Of a stretch of 57,404 nt of DNA, positions 46,270 through 54,302 are shown in pieces; the first letter of the stretch is position 1, and the number at the start of each line of letters is the position of its first letter. A program made the position numbers and the translations under genes. Under the pieces are notes generated by a model, which did no database searches, had not been told where the DNA came from, and saw nothing but the letters and a program-made list of their open reading frames with translations. The DNA is from Deltaproteobacteria bacterium RIFCSPHIGHO2_02_FULL_43_33 (lineage in GTDB: Bacteria > Desulfobacterota > GWC2-55-46 > UBA9637), in the NCBI GenBank assembly GCA_001798165.1, contig MGRL01000004.1:1922-59325 (forward strand), given 5' to 3'.

Positions 46270-48747
46270 ATGAAAAGAAGCATAAAAGAAGGTAGCAAGT
46301 ATACTGTTCCTTTACTTATTTTGATAAGTTTCACTCTATGGTTTGCATACGATATATATACTTTTAAAAAATATTTTTCCCATCCCGATTTTAGACTTTA
46401 TTACCCTTTTCGCCAATGGTTTTCCCAACGGTTGTTAAATGGAGAATTTCCTTTATGGAATCCATATTGGGGGATAGGCCAGCCAGCGGTGGTATGGGCT
46501 ACTATTCCTATTGATATCTACACTATTCTGGAAATTATCTTTGGACCGCAATATCAGTATTTTCAAACTATTCAATTAGCACTCATCTTATTAGCCGGCT
46601 TTTACGCGTTTGTTAAATTAGGATTCACCCCTATGGTATCAACTGCTGGCATATTGCTGTTTTTTATGACCCCGTGGGTTACTTATTTTTATTTTTATTT
46701 TATGAAACCACATTCCTTTATTGCGCATATATTGCTATTTCTTTTTATTTACAAATGGTTTGGAACAGAAAATAAAAAGTACCTATTTTGTATTGTCTGG
46801 ACAATCATTTTTAGCATGTTTGGCACAAAGCTTGAATTTTGGTTTTATCAAACTATTTTCTATATGTTTTTTTCTACTATGGCAAGTTTGGTTTTTTATT
46901 CAGGTAGCCTGCTTCGTTCTATTAAGATGGTTTCTTTGGTGATGTTAGCAATAGGTATAGGTATAACTGCTCACCTATGGCAATTGAATATACTTATTAG
47001 GATTATAGACACCACTGGTCGTATAGGGGAGCATAGCATGTACAATCTGTTTTCTTTAGAAATGTATCATAACTTGTTGATTAGCATAGGCGAATCTGGG
47101 TTATTAAAAATAATTGGAATTGGCTCTTTTTTATATTTGGGAGTTGTGCTGAAAAGGCGTTTTTCTTGGATATTTTTATTGTTAGGCATTGCAATACTAT
47201 CATATTTCGCTCAGAACTGGCATATCTCCTTTACAAAAAATCCTGTGTTTTATGGAACCATACTTGGGATAATTCTTTCGCTAAGTTTTACCAGAGGCTT
47301 TAAATGGAAAGATTATATTAAATGTGGCCTTATATTCCTCTTATTAATATATTATTGGTGTCGCACCGAAAGAGGTGATTTGGGAGAGATGGAAGTTATG
47401 CGCTCAGCTCCCTTTGCCTTTAAGATATTAGTTGCTGCCCTTGTCTGGACAGGTTGCATGCAGTTTTGGAGAAATAAATTGGCAAAACTGGCATTTTTTT
47501 CCATACTTTTTATATTGTTAATACGAGATCAAGGACAGATTATTCTATCGTATCTGACCGGGCTGCTCTGGATACCGACTAGAGATAATTACATAATTGA
47601 TTTTGGAGTAGCAGTACTAGCTGTTTTGGGTTTAGCGTCTTTGAGGTTGCAGGTACCTATCATTTTACTTAATAAACCAAACTGGGGTAAGTGGTGGTTG
47701 ATTGTATCGCCTATTCCCATTGTTTCTATAGGTGTTATTGTTTTATCAGCATCTTCTAATTTCTACTATTCACATCCAATGATGCAAAATCCCCCTTCTG
47801 ATTATGCAAGCTATGCAGGATTGTCTAAAATAAGGGAACTTATGAAAGAGTTACATGATTTGCCCCAGACACGGATATTCTTTTTCAATGATGATTGGTG
47901 GGGTTTTACCTATGGGATGGGGAGTTCTTTGGTAGAAGGAGTCAGCGAGGTAACCCTCTACGATAGTCTTGTACCTAAAAATTATAAAGACTGGACTGTA
48001 TATAGAAGATTGGGTATAAGACCAGAACAGCAATGGAGTGGTTATCCTAATGAGTATACCGAAAAAACCATTTCAAAACTTCCCTCCAAAAACACTTTAG
48101 GTTATTCTAATTTGGAAATTTATTTAAATAGTTTGGTGCTGGCACCTTCAATAGATAAGAATGATCTAATATTGTTGGGAGTGAAATATGTTGTAAAATT
48201 GTCTTCAATATCAGATCGGATGGCAAAAGATATTGCCATTGAGGATATTAAAGAGAGAAAAGAGGTTACATATCCAGGTATAGATGGGTTTCTATCTACG
48301 GCTAGGATGAGTAATTTTTTGCCGAGGGCTTATTTAGTATACGGTATTCCCCCAGGCGGAATAGATGAATTTATAAATGAGTTGAACCCTACTGTGAATG
48401 AACATAGCATCTCGACAAAATCATTAAATTTACCATTTAGCCCAGCTCATATTGAAAAATATGAACCTGAGAGAGTATTTATAACGGTCGAAGCAAAAGA
48501 GGATGCCTATCTGGTAGTTTCAGATATTTATCACCCTTTTTGGCATGCAAGACTTGATGGACATGAGATAGACATCATACCCGCTTTTTATATTTTTAGA
48601 GGGATAAAAATTCCGCAAGGGAAACATTTTATAGATTTTTATTGCAAAATTCCATATTTTAAGATAAGCATAATTATATCGTTGTTAGTTATTCTTTTAT
48701 GTGTTATATCCACAGTGTATTATTTTTGGCTATTAAAAAACAAGTAA
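46270..48747 (+). CDS. YfhO-like GT-C membrane protein paralogue 5 (most divergent)
   Basis: GEFPLWNPYWGIGQP and C-terminal SDIYHPFWHARLDGHEIDIIPAFYIFRGIKIPQGKHFIDFYCK. The ATG directly follows the paralogue 4 stop. Confidence 0.6.
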   Translation: MKRSIKEGSKYTVPLLILISFTLWFAYDIYTFKKYFSHPDFRLYYPFRQWFSQRLLNGEFPLWNPYWGIGQPAVVWATIPIDIYTILEIIFGPQYQYFQTIQLALILLAGFYAFVKLGFTPMVSTAGILLFFMTPWVTYFYFYFMKPHSFIAHILLFLFIYKWFGTENKKYLFCIVWTIIFSMFGTKLEFWFYQTIFYMFFSTMASLVFYSGSLLRSIKMVSLVMLAIGIGITAHLWQLNILIRIIDTTGRIGEHSMYNLFSLEMYHNLLISIGESGLLKIIGIGSFLYLGVVLKRRFSWIFLLLGIAILSYFAQNWHISFTKNPVFYGTILGIILSLSFTRGFKWKDYIKCGLIFLLLIYYWCRTERGDLGEMEVMRSAPFAFKILVAALVWTGCMQFWRNKLAKLAFFSILFILLIRDQGQIILSYLTGLLWIPTRDNYIIDFGVAVLAVLGLASLRLQVPIILLNKPNWGKWWLIVSPIPIVSIGVIVLSASSNFYYSHPMMQNPPSDYASYAGLSKIRELMKELHDLPQTRIFFFNDDWWGFTYGMGSSLVEGVSEVTLYDSLVPKNYKDWTVYRRLGIRPEQQWSGYPNEYTEKTISKLPSKNTLGYSNLEIYLNSLVLAPSIDKNDLILLGVKYVVKLSSISDRMAKDIAIEDIKERKEVTYPGIDGFLSTARMSNFLPRAYLVYGIPPGGIDEFINELNPTVNEHSISTKSLNLPFSPAHIEKYEPERVFITVEAKEDAYLVVSDIYHPFWHARLDGHEIDIIPAFYIFRGIKIPQGKHFIDFYCKIPYFKISIIISLLVILLCVISTVYYFWLLKNK

Positions 48748-48855
48748 TTGCAATTTAGAATCTGACGTGGTTTTTATAAAAATAGGCTGTTGGATACCCG
48801 CCTGCTTGCTGGCGAGTATATACTATACAGGACAGATAATAAAGGAGGAATGACT

Positions 48856-49491
48856 ATGACCCAAGTAAGGCAATTTATTGAGCAAACAGGTATCTACATT
48901 TTTTTTGTATCTTTATTCCTTTTCACTCAAACCAATTGGATGAGGCGGCGTGGCGACTATAATCATATCGAAATGAGATTTCTTCTTGCTTTTTTTGTCG
49001 GAATAATTCTATCTTGGGGGATTATTAAATTATTCAAAAAAATAACTGGCAAGGCTAATATAGAGCAAGAAAAATTTTTAAACAATATTTCCATGGTATT
49101 ATCTCCAGGAGTATTTTTTGTTTTTGCATCCATTAATAAAATATTCTTTATTGTGGGTGCTATTCTTTGTTTATTGATTGCATTATATATTTGGGTTAAG
49201 CCTTTCAGGGATTATGTGCACCTAATTATCTCTATAGGTAATTTTAATAATATGCTGATAGTTGAAGACGGCAAGGCTTGTATTAATATGGAGGGCACCT
49301 ATGAAAAAGATAATCTTCAGGCAAAACAAGCTTTTTTAATTGACCTGACAAGTAATTTTTATGAGTGTTCTGAAATGAAGATTAATGAAGTTAAGATTGA
49401 TTTTTCAAATTTAAAAGGAATAGATGAGAACGAGTTAAAGCCTGTAATAGAATCTGTCTCAAGCTATTTTAATTTAAGAATTGCCTATTGA
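48856..49491 (+). CDS. membrane protein (about 4 TM helices) with a small soluble C-terminal domain (STAS-like guess)
   Basis: AAGGAGG upstream, with ATG 48856 at better spacing than 48850. The C-terminus IDFSNLKGIDENELKPVIE is only weakly suggestive. Confidence 0.45.
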   Translation: MTQVRQFIEQTGIYIFFVSLFLFTQTNWMRRRGDYNHIEMRFLLAFFVGIILSWGIIKLFKKITGKANIEQEKFLNNISMVLSPGVFFVFASINKIFFIVGAILCLLIALYIWVKPFRDYVHLIISIGNFNNMLIVEDGKACINMEGTYEKDNLQAKQAFLIDLTSNFYECSEMKINEVKIDFSNLKGIDENELKPVIESVSSYFNLRIAY

Positions 49492-49496
49492 GAGTA

Positions 49497-49667
49497 TGTA
49501 GGGTCTGACAAAATTAGGAACAACTGGTAAGTTAGCCCTCCGGTCGTAGACTCGAATCTACGAGAAGGAGGAAGCAGATGGCAAGGAAGAAATGGAGTGC
49601 AGAAGAGAAGCAGAAAATGGTAATGGCAGGCTTGCTTCCGGTCAACGCTGGGATGGCGCATTTTTAA
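49497..49667 (+). mobile_element. IS remnant: candidate left end TGTAGGGTCTGACAAAATTAGG plus the first 29 codons of an IS3-type OrfA (HTH transposase)
   Basis: GAAGGAGG then ATG 49578. MARKKWSAEEKQKMVMAGL resembles the K(W/F)(S/T)AEEK N-terminus of IS3-family OrfA. The ORF stops after 29 codons. Confidence 0.45.
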
Positions 49668-49978
49668 TGGGTTTTCTGCACCATGTGAAAGAATCCGCTC
49701 CGGTTATTGTCAGCCGTCTTTCAAAGGTTGTTCCAAGAGTTGTTGTGGTTGACCCGAATGGAGATAATCTTATACGCAAGACACTGGAGTGCCTTCCATC
49801 CTACCGCCGTGCAGGTGAAGATAGTTTCAGGTTGAATAAACTAAAATCTATTTTTGACTCTTGTGGATATAAATTAGTGAGCCATGATATAGTTTCATTT
49901 GTCCCACCATTTACCCCTGCGTTTCTAATGGGTTTAATGCTTCGTCTCGAAAAAGCAATTGACTCTAATTCATTATAA
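49658..49978 (+). pseudogene. 5'-truncated class I methyltransferase (C-terminal ~105 aa only)
   Basis: AFLMGFLHHV...VVVVDPNG resembles the post-motif II/III part of SAM methyltransferases. The SAM-binding GxGxG region is absent. Abuts the IS remnant. Confidence 0.45.
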
Positions 49979-50049
49979 AAAGATTAACTCTACATACATA
50001 TTGGGATTTGAATTAAAATAATAAGAAATGGGTGTAAAATTTAATCGGG

Positions 50050-50580
50050 ATGAATTATTTTACAATCTTGACAACGGGTATCATAATTTTTGTTATTTGT
50101 TTGGTTTTACATATAGTTATCTGGCGGTGGTGGCATCCCAAAAGAAGGGTAATTGCATTGTTCCTGCTTTTTATCATATTGCCGCTTCTTTTTATAATTG
50201 GATATGTTGGATTGGAGCGGCTTGTTGTTGTGCCGTCTGTTTTATCTTTTACCATGGCAGGCTGGCTATCAGTTTATCTGTTCCATTTTGCCCTTGCCTC
50301 CGCATATATTTTAAGCTATCCAGCCATAGAGGCAGTATCTCCTTCGCTTGCGATAGTATTGATGCTCGGTGCTTCTAATTCGCAGGGTATAGCGCATAAG
50401 GATTTGCTGCCTCTTTTTGATGATGAAACGGTTTTAGAGCCTCGCATTAAGGATTTGATGGAGGCCGGGCTGGTAACGGCATCGGATAATTATTTTACCG
50501 TTACCCCCCGCGGCATGACTTTGGTTCAGTGTTTCATATTGTTGCGACGCGTGCTGGGTTTGCCCATAGGAAAGGGTTGA
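50050..50580 (+). CDS. membrane protein (about 4 TM helices) with a C-terminal winged-helix-like domain, unknown function
   Basis: Hydrophobic N-terminal two-thirds, then LEPRIKDLMEAGLVTASDNYFTVTPRGMTLV. Confidence 0.5.
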   Translation: MNYFTILTTGIIIFVICLVLHIVIWRWWHPKRRVIALFLLFIILPLLFIIGYVGLERLVVVPSVLSFTMAGWLSVYLFHFALASAYILSYPAIEAVSPSLAIVLMLGASNSQGIAHKDLLPLFDDETVLEPRIKDLMEAGLVTASDNYFTVTPRGMTLVQCFILLRRVLGLPIGKG

Positions 50581-50581
50581 T

Positions 50582-51136
50582 ATGCTGCAATTAAACTACA
50601 TGACATTGCTTGCAACTACGCCCGTATTGATATTTATCTTGCATGTGGCGGCTGCAAGGATTTTTATACGGCTGCCGGGGCAGGCTGTTGTCATTATTTG
50701 TTCTCTTGTCGGTTTTGTGCCGATGGCGGCAGCAGCATGGGCTGTTTATTTTCACCATACAACGGCAACTCGGCAGGAATTGATATGGGCAGGAATGTAT
50801 GGGTTTATTGTTTATGCTGCCTTGGCGTACAGCTATTTTCATGTGTTTAATATGAGTGAAACTGCCCGACGTATCAGGATTCTCTATGAGATATATACAG
50901 CAAAACAATTAAAGGCATCGGAAATAGCCTCGTTATACAATGCGCATGATATGTTGCATAGCCGTCTTGAAAGGCTTTTGTCCATGAAGCAAGTTAAACT
51001 TTCCGATGATAAGTATTTGCTTGACCGACGGTCGCTTTATTATGCGGCAAGGATAATTGCATGGTGGGGGAATATTTTGGGGCTGCCTTTTTCACAGACA
51101 ATATACGATAAACTGAAAAGGGCTCATGCTCTATGA
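50582..51136 (+). CDS. membrane protein (about 3-4 TM helices) with a C-terminal winged-helix-like domain, unknown function
   Basis: Same architecture as the previous gene. RRIRILYEIYTAKQLKASEIASLY...RLLSMKQVKLSDDKYLL. Confidence 0.5.
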   Translation: MLQLNYMTLLATTPVLIFILHVAAARIFIRLPGQAVVIICSLVGFVPMAAAAWAVYFHHTTATRQELIWAGMYGFIVYAALAYSYFHVFNMSETARRIRILYEIYTAKQLKASEIASLYNAHDMLHSRLERLLSMKQVKLSDDKYLLDRRSLYYAARIIAWWGNILGLPFSQTIYDKLKRAHAL

Positions 51137-51420
51137 TGTTTGACAGAAAAAGACTTTTGCTGTTGCCCTTACATAACCGCATTCATGATTTGGATATTTC
51201 CGTCATAAAGCCTCTTCAAAAAAACTCTTTTTTCCACCCTTCTTTCAAGACGATCGCAGACAATATTAAAAACGCCAGGAAGGCCGGCAAGTCTGTAATT
51301 ATGATGCTCGGCGGCCATGTCATACGTTCGGGTGTTCAGAGATATATTATTGATATGATGGAAAAAGGCCATATAACATGCCTTGCAATGAATGGGGAAA
51401 GAGATGTGGGTAAGGATTAG
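51133..51420 (+). pseudogene. orphan 5' fragment (first 87 codons) of the gene found intact at 52747-53697
   Basis: About 84% aa identity to the intact copy over 87 aa. Homology ends at about 51394 and a stop follows 8 codons later. ATGA-type overlap with the upstream gene stop. Confidence 0.85.
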
Positions 51421-51493
51421 CAGCCCATGACTTTTATGCAGCATAGCGCATTTAGGTCTTGACTTTTATGAAGTTTAGTGCAAAATAGTCTGC

Positions 51494-52615
51494 ATGAAGC
51501 GCAGTATAATGGATAAGATAAAGATAGACCTCGATCAAAAGATCGTTCTTTTGAGCGGTCCCCGACAGGTGGGCAAGACGCATTTGTCCAAAGCGATTTA
51601 TCCGGACAACTCTGAATATTTTAATATGGACAGTGTGGAGCATCGCCTGCTTATCCAAAAACAGGCATGGCGCCGTGATTGCGACCTGGTGATATTTGAC
51701 GAACTGCATAAGGTAAGAAAGTGGAAGAACTGGATTAAAGGAATTTATGATACCGAAGGGGTGAGGCCGCGCCTTCTTGTGACTGGATCATCCCGCCTTG
51801 ATGTCTACCGGAAATGGGGGGATTCACTGGCGGGCAGATTTTATTCCTACCGGTTGCATCCTTTTTCCGTGGCTGAGGTCAAAGAAAAGTATACGGCTGA
51901 TACGGCTCTTGAACATATCATGAGGTTTGGGGGATTTCCAGAGCCGTTTCTTAAAGGGAGTGAGGAAGAAGCCAAACGCTGGCGGCGCTCACATGTTGAC
52001 CGCATCCTGCGCGAGGATTTGCTGGATATTGCATCGGTCAGGAACCTCAGAAGCGTAGAAACTCTGGTAGAATTGCTTCGCAATTCCGTTGGGAGTACAG
52101 TCTCCTATGAATCACTGTCCAGAGACCTGCAGGTTTCTCCTCATACGGTGAAACAGTGGATTAGCATACTGGAGAACCTTTATATTATTTTTGTGGTAAC
52201 GCCTTATCACCGCAATATCGCCAGGAGTTTGATCAGGCAGCCAAAAATATATTTTTATGATACAGGTTTTGTGAAGGAAGATGATGGGGCAAGGTTTGAG
52301 AATGCCGTTGCCTGCGCCCTTCTGAAGCGGCTCCATTTTCTTGAGGATACGGCAGGGGAGAAGTGCGCGCTTCATTACCTAAGGGACAAGGAAAAAAGGG
52401 AGATTGATTTTCTGACGGTGCAGGATGGGAGACCGGAATGGCTTATTGAAGCCAAACTGGCGGATATTGACACTAATTCTCTTAAACACTTTTCAGGTTT
52501 TTTTGATAGAGAGACAAAACATATTCTTCTTGTAAAGAATCTGAAGAGGGAACTGTTTCTCGGTGGCATCCATGTCAAAAAAGCTGGCAGCTGGCTTCAG
52601 AGTCTTGAGGCATAA
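51494..52615 (+). CDS. AAA-type ATPase with a C-terminal PD-(D/E)XK-like motif, paralogue of 27415-28593
   Basis: Walker A SGPRQVGKTH, Walker B LVIFDELH, and C-terminal REIDFLT...WLIEAKL. Collinear with the first copy throughout. Confidence 0.8.
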   Translation: MKRSIMDKIKIDLDQKIVLLSGPRQVGKTHLSKAIYPDNSEYFNMDSVEHRLLIQKQAWRRDCDLVIFDELHKVRKWKNWIKGIYDTEGVRPRLLVTGSSRLDVYRKWGDSLAGRFYSYRLHPFSVAEVKEKYTADTALEHIMRFGGFPEPFLKGSEEEAKRWRRSHVDRILREDLLDIASVRNLRSVETLVELLRNSVGSTVSYESLSRDLQVSPHTVKQWISILENLYIIFVVTPYHRNIARSLIRQPKIYFYDTGFVKEDDGARFENAVACALLKRLHFLEDTAGEKCALHYLRDKEKREIDFLTVQDGRPEWLIEAKLADIDTNSLKHFSGFFDRETKHILLVKNLKRELFLGGIHVKKAGSWLQSLEA

Positions 52616-52641
52616 AATTTATGTCTGAAAGGGACTTTCGT

Positions 52642-52668
52642 CCCCCCGATAGAACCTTCGAGGGCAGG
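52642..52668 (-). repeat. hairpin core of the CCTGCCCTCGA..TATCGGGGG family (reverse orientation)
   Basis: The rc reads CCTGCCCTCGAAGGTTCTATCGGGGGG; compare 7797-7823. Confidence 0.8.
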
Positions 52669-52746
52669 TTTATCTTGCGGATATATTCGATTCAGGCAGC
52701 GCTGTGGACAAACTATATACAATAAGAAAAGAAGGACTCATATAAT

Positions 52747-53697
52747 ATGTTTTTTGATAGAAAAAGACTTTTGCTTTTGCCCTTAAATAAGCGCATCCAT
52801 GATTTAAATATCTCTGCAATAAAGGAGCTGCAGGAAAATTCCTTTTCTCATCCATCCTTCAATGTAATTGCAGACAATATCAAAAATGCCAAAAAAGGCG
52901 GCAAGTCTGTAATCATGATGCTCGGCGGACATGTCATTCGTTCTGGTGTTCAGAGATATATTATTGATATGATGGAACAGGGGTATATAACATGCCTTGC
53001 AATGAACGGTTCCGGGGTTATACACGATTTTGAGCTGGCCCTGATTGGCGCTACTACAGAGAGTGTTGCCCGCTATATACGGGAAGGGCAGTTTGGATTG
53101 TGGAAGGAGACTGGACAGATAAATGATATTGTTAATCAGGCTTATAAAAACGGCGGGACTGGAATGGGAGAGGTGGTAGGCAAGGCTATTTATGAAGGTG
53201 ATTTTCCCGATAATGGCATCAGTCTTTTGGCGGCGTGTTATCGACTGAACATACCTGCAACTATTCATGTTGGTATTGGATACGATATTATCCATGAACA
53301 TCCAAACTTTGACGGGGCCGCGGCTGGAGCCACATCATATATTGATTTCTTAAAATTTACAGAGGTTGTTTCAAACCTTGAAAATGGCGTGGTTATGAAT
53401 TTCGGCAGCGCTGTCATGGCACCTGAGGTGTTTTTGAAGGCATTGAGTATGGCGAGAAATGTTGCTCATCAGGAGGGTAAGGTTATTAAACATTTTACTA
53501 CTTTGGTTTGCGACCTGCATAATCTTCCTGATGATTGCAGCAAGGAACCTTGCAAAGATAACGAGGCGTATTATTTCAGGCCGTGGAAGACTATGCTTGC
53601 AAGGACAGTTGCTGACGGCGGAGAAAGTTTTTATATAAAAGGGAAACATGCGGATACCATACCTGCCTTGTGGACTGCCTTATATAAAATGCATTAA
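52747..53697 (+). CDS. conserved protein of unknown function; weak resemblance to deoxyhypusine-synthase-like Rossmann proteins
   Basis: MMLGGHVIRSGVQRYIIDMMEQGYITCLAMNGSGVIHDFELAL loosely fits the DHS-like G-x-x-SG...TTGA-x-x-HD pattern. Function not established. Confidence 0.45.
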   Translation: MFFDRKRLLLLPLNKRIHDLNISAIKELQENSFSHPSFNVIADNIKNAKKGGKSVIMMLGGHVIRSGVQRYIIDMMEQGYITCLAMNGSGVIHDFELALIGATTESVARYIREGQFGLWKETGQINDIVNQAYKNGGTGMGEVVGKAIYEGDFPDNGISLLAACYRLNIPATIHVGIGYDIIHEHPNFDGAAAGATSYIDFLKFTEVVSNLENGVVMNFGSAVMAPEVFLKALSMARNVAHQEGKVIKHFTTLVCDLHNLPDDCSKEPCKDNEAYYFRPWKTMLARTVADGGESFYIKGKHADTIPALWTALYKMH

Positions 53698-53713
53698 AAA
53701 CTTGCATTTTATT

Positions 53714-53891
53714 GATTACACAGATTTTGTAAAACGATTACACCGATTAAAGACTTGGTTTATCTGTGTAATCTACGCTTTTTAATCTGTGTTAATCATG
53801 TGGCAATTATTTATTACGCTACATATAAAAGGCTGTTGAAAAAGTCATCAACAGCCTGATTACACAGATAGTAAAAGCAGATTACACAGAT
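53714..53891. repeat. cluster of six GATTACACAGAT motifs (forward 53714, 53736 variant, 53858, 53880; reverse 53762, 53785 variant)
   Basis: Direct reading. The last copy contains the GxxExxY start codon (53890). Confidence 0.85.
53827..53860 (+). repeat. 34-nt hairpin direct repeat, upstream copy (AAAAGGCTGTTGAAAAAGTCATCAACAGCCTGAT)
   Basis: 31 of 34 positions identical to 54257-54290. Confidence 0.85.
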
Positions 53892-54258
53892 GAAGAATAG
53901 AGACCCGCTTACTGAACGAATAATAGCTTGTTGTTATAGGGTTCACTCGGAATTGGGACCAGGATTTAATGAAAAGATATATCATACAGCTTTAAAGTTT
54001 GCCCTTAATCAAGAATGTTTAAAATTTGAGGCAGAAAAACGATTTGAGGTTTATTACAATACTAACAAAGTTGGTTATCTGGTTATGGATTTGGTTGTTG
54101 AAAACGAGGCCATAGTTGAAATTAAAGCATTAGCAGGTAATATTCCTGATGTCTTCAAATATCAGGTGCTTTCTTATTTAAAAGCATCTAATCTAAAGGT
54201 TGGGTTATTAGTCAATTTTGGCAATAAGAGTTGCCACGTAAAAAGGCTTGTTTTTTAA
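53890..54258 (+). CDS. GxxExxY-family small protein (PD-(D/E)XK-like)
   Basis: GFNEKIY gives GxxExxY. DLVVENEAIVEIKA gives D...ExK. Family-typical size of 122 aa. Confidence 0.85.
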   Translation: MKNRDPLTERIIACCYRVHSELGPGFNEKIYHTALKFALNQECLKFEAEKRFEVYYNTNKVGYLVMDLVVENEAIVEIKALAGNIPDVFKYQVLSYLKASNLKVGLLVNFGNKSCHVKRLVF

Positions 54259-54290
54259 AAGGCTGTTGAAAAAAACACCAACAGCCTGAT
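54257..54290 (+). repeat. 34-nt hairpin direct repeat, downstream copy
   Basis: AAAAGGCTGTTGAAAAAAACACCAACAGCCTGAT; overlaps the GxxExxY stop codon. Confidence 0.85.
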
Positions 54291-54302
54291 ATCGGAGATA
54301 TT

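Noticed and set aside
49535-49565. tRNA-like T-arm (GTAGACTCGAATCTAC) upstream of the transposase remnant
   Set aside because: The loop is 6 nt rather than 7. No acceptor, D or anticodon arms can be built around it. It is more likely part of the IS 5' leader.
50028-50378. 116-aa ORF in an alternative frame overlapping 50050-50580
   Set aside because: The 50050 frame gives a coherent polytopic membrane protein with a soluble tail and a tight junction to the next gene. The alternative frame is Cys/Phe-rich and looks like noise.
51459-51511. Promoter for ATPase gene 2 (TTGACT at 51459; TATAAT at 51505-51510)
   Set aside because: The spacing between the -35-like and -10-like hexamers does not fit (poor -10 at 17 nt; the TATAAT overlaps an internal ATG). 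It is too uncertain to annotate.
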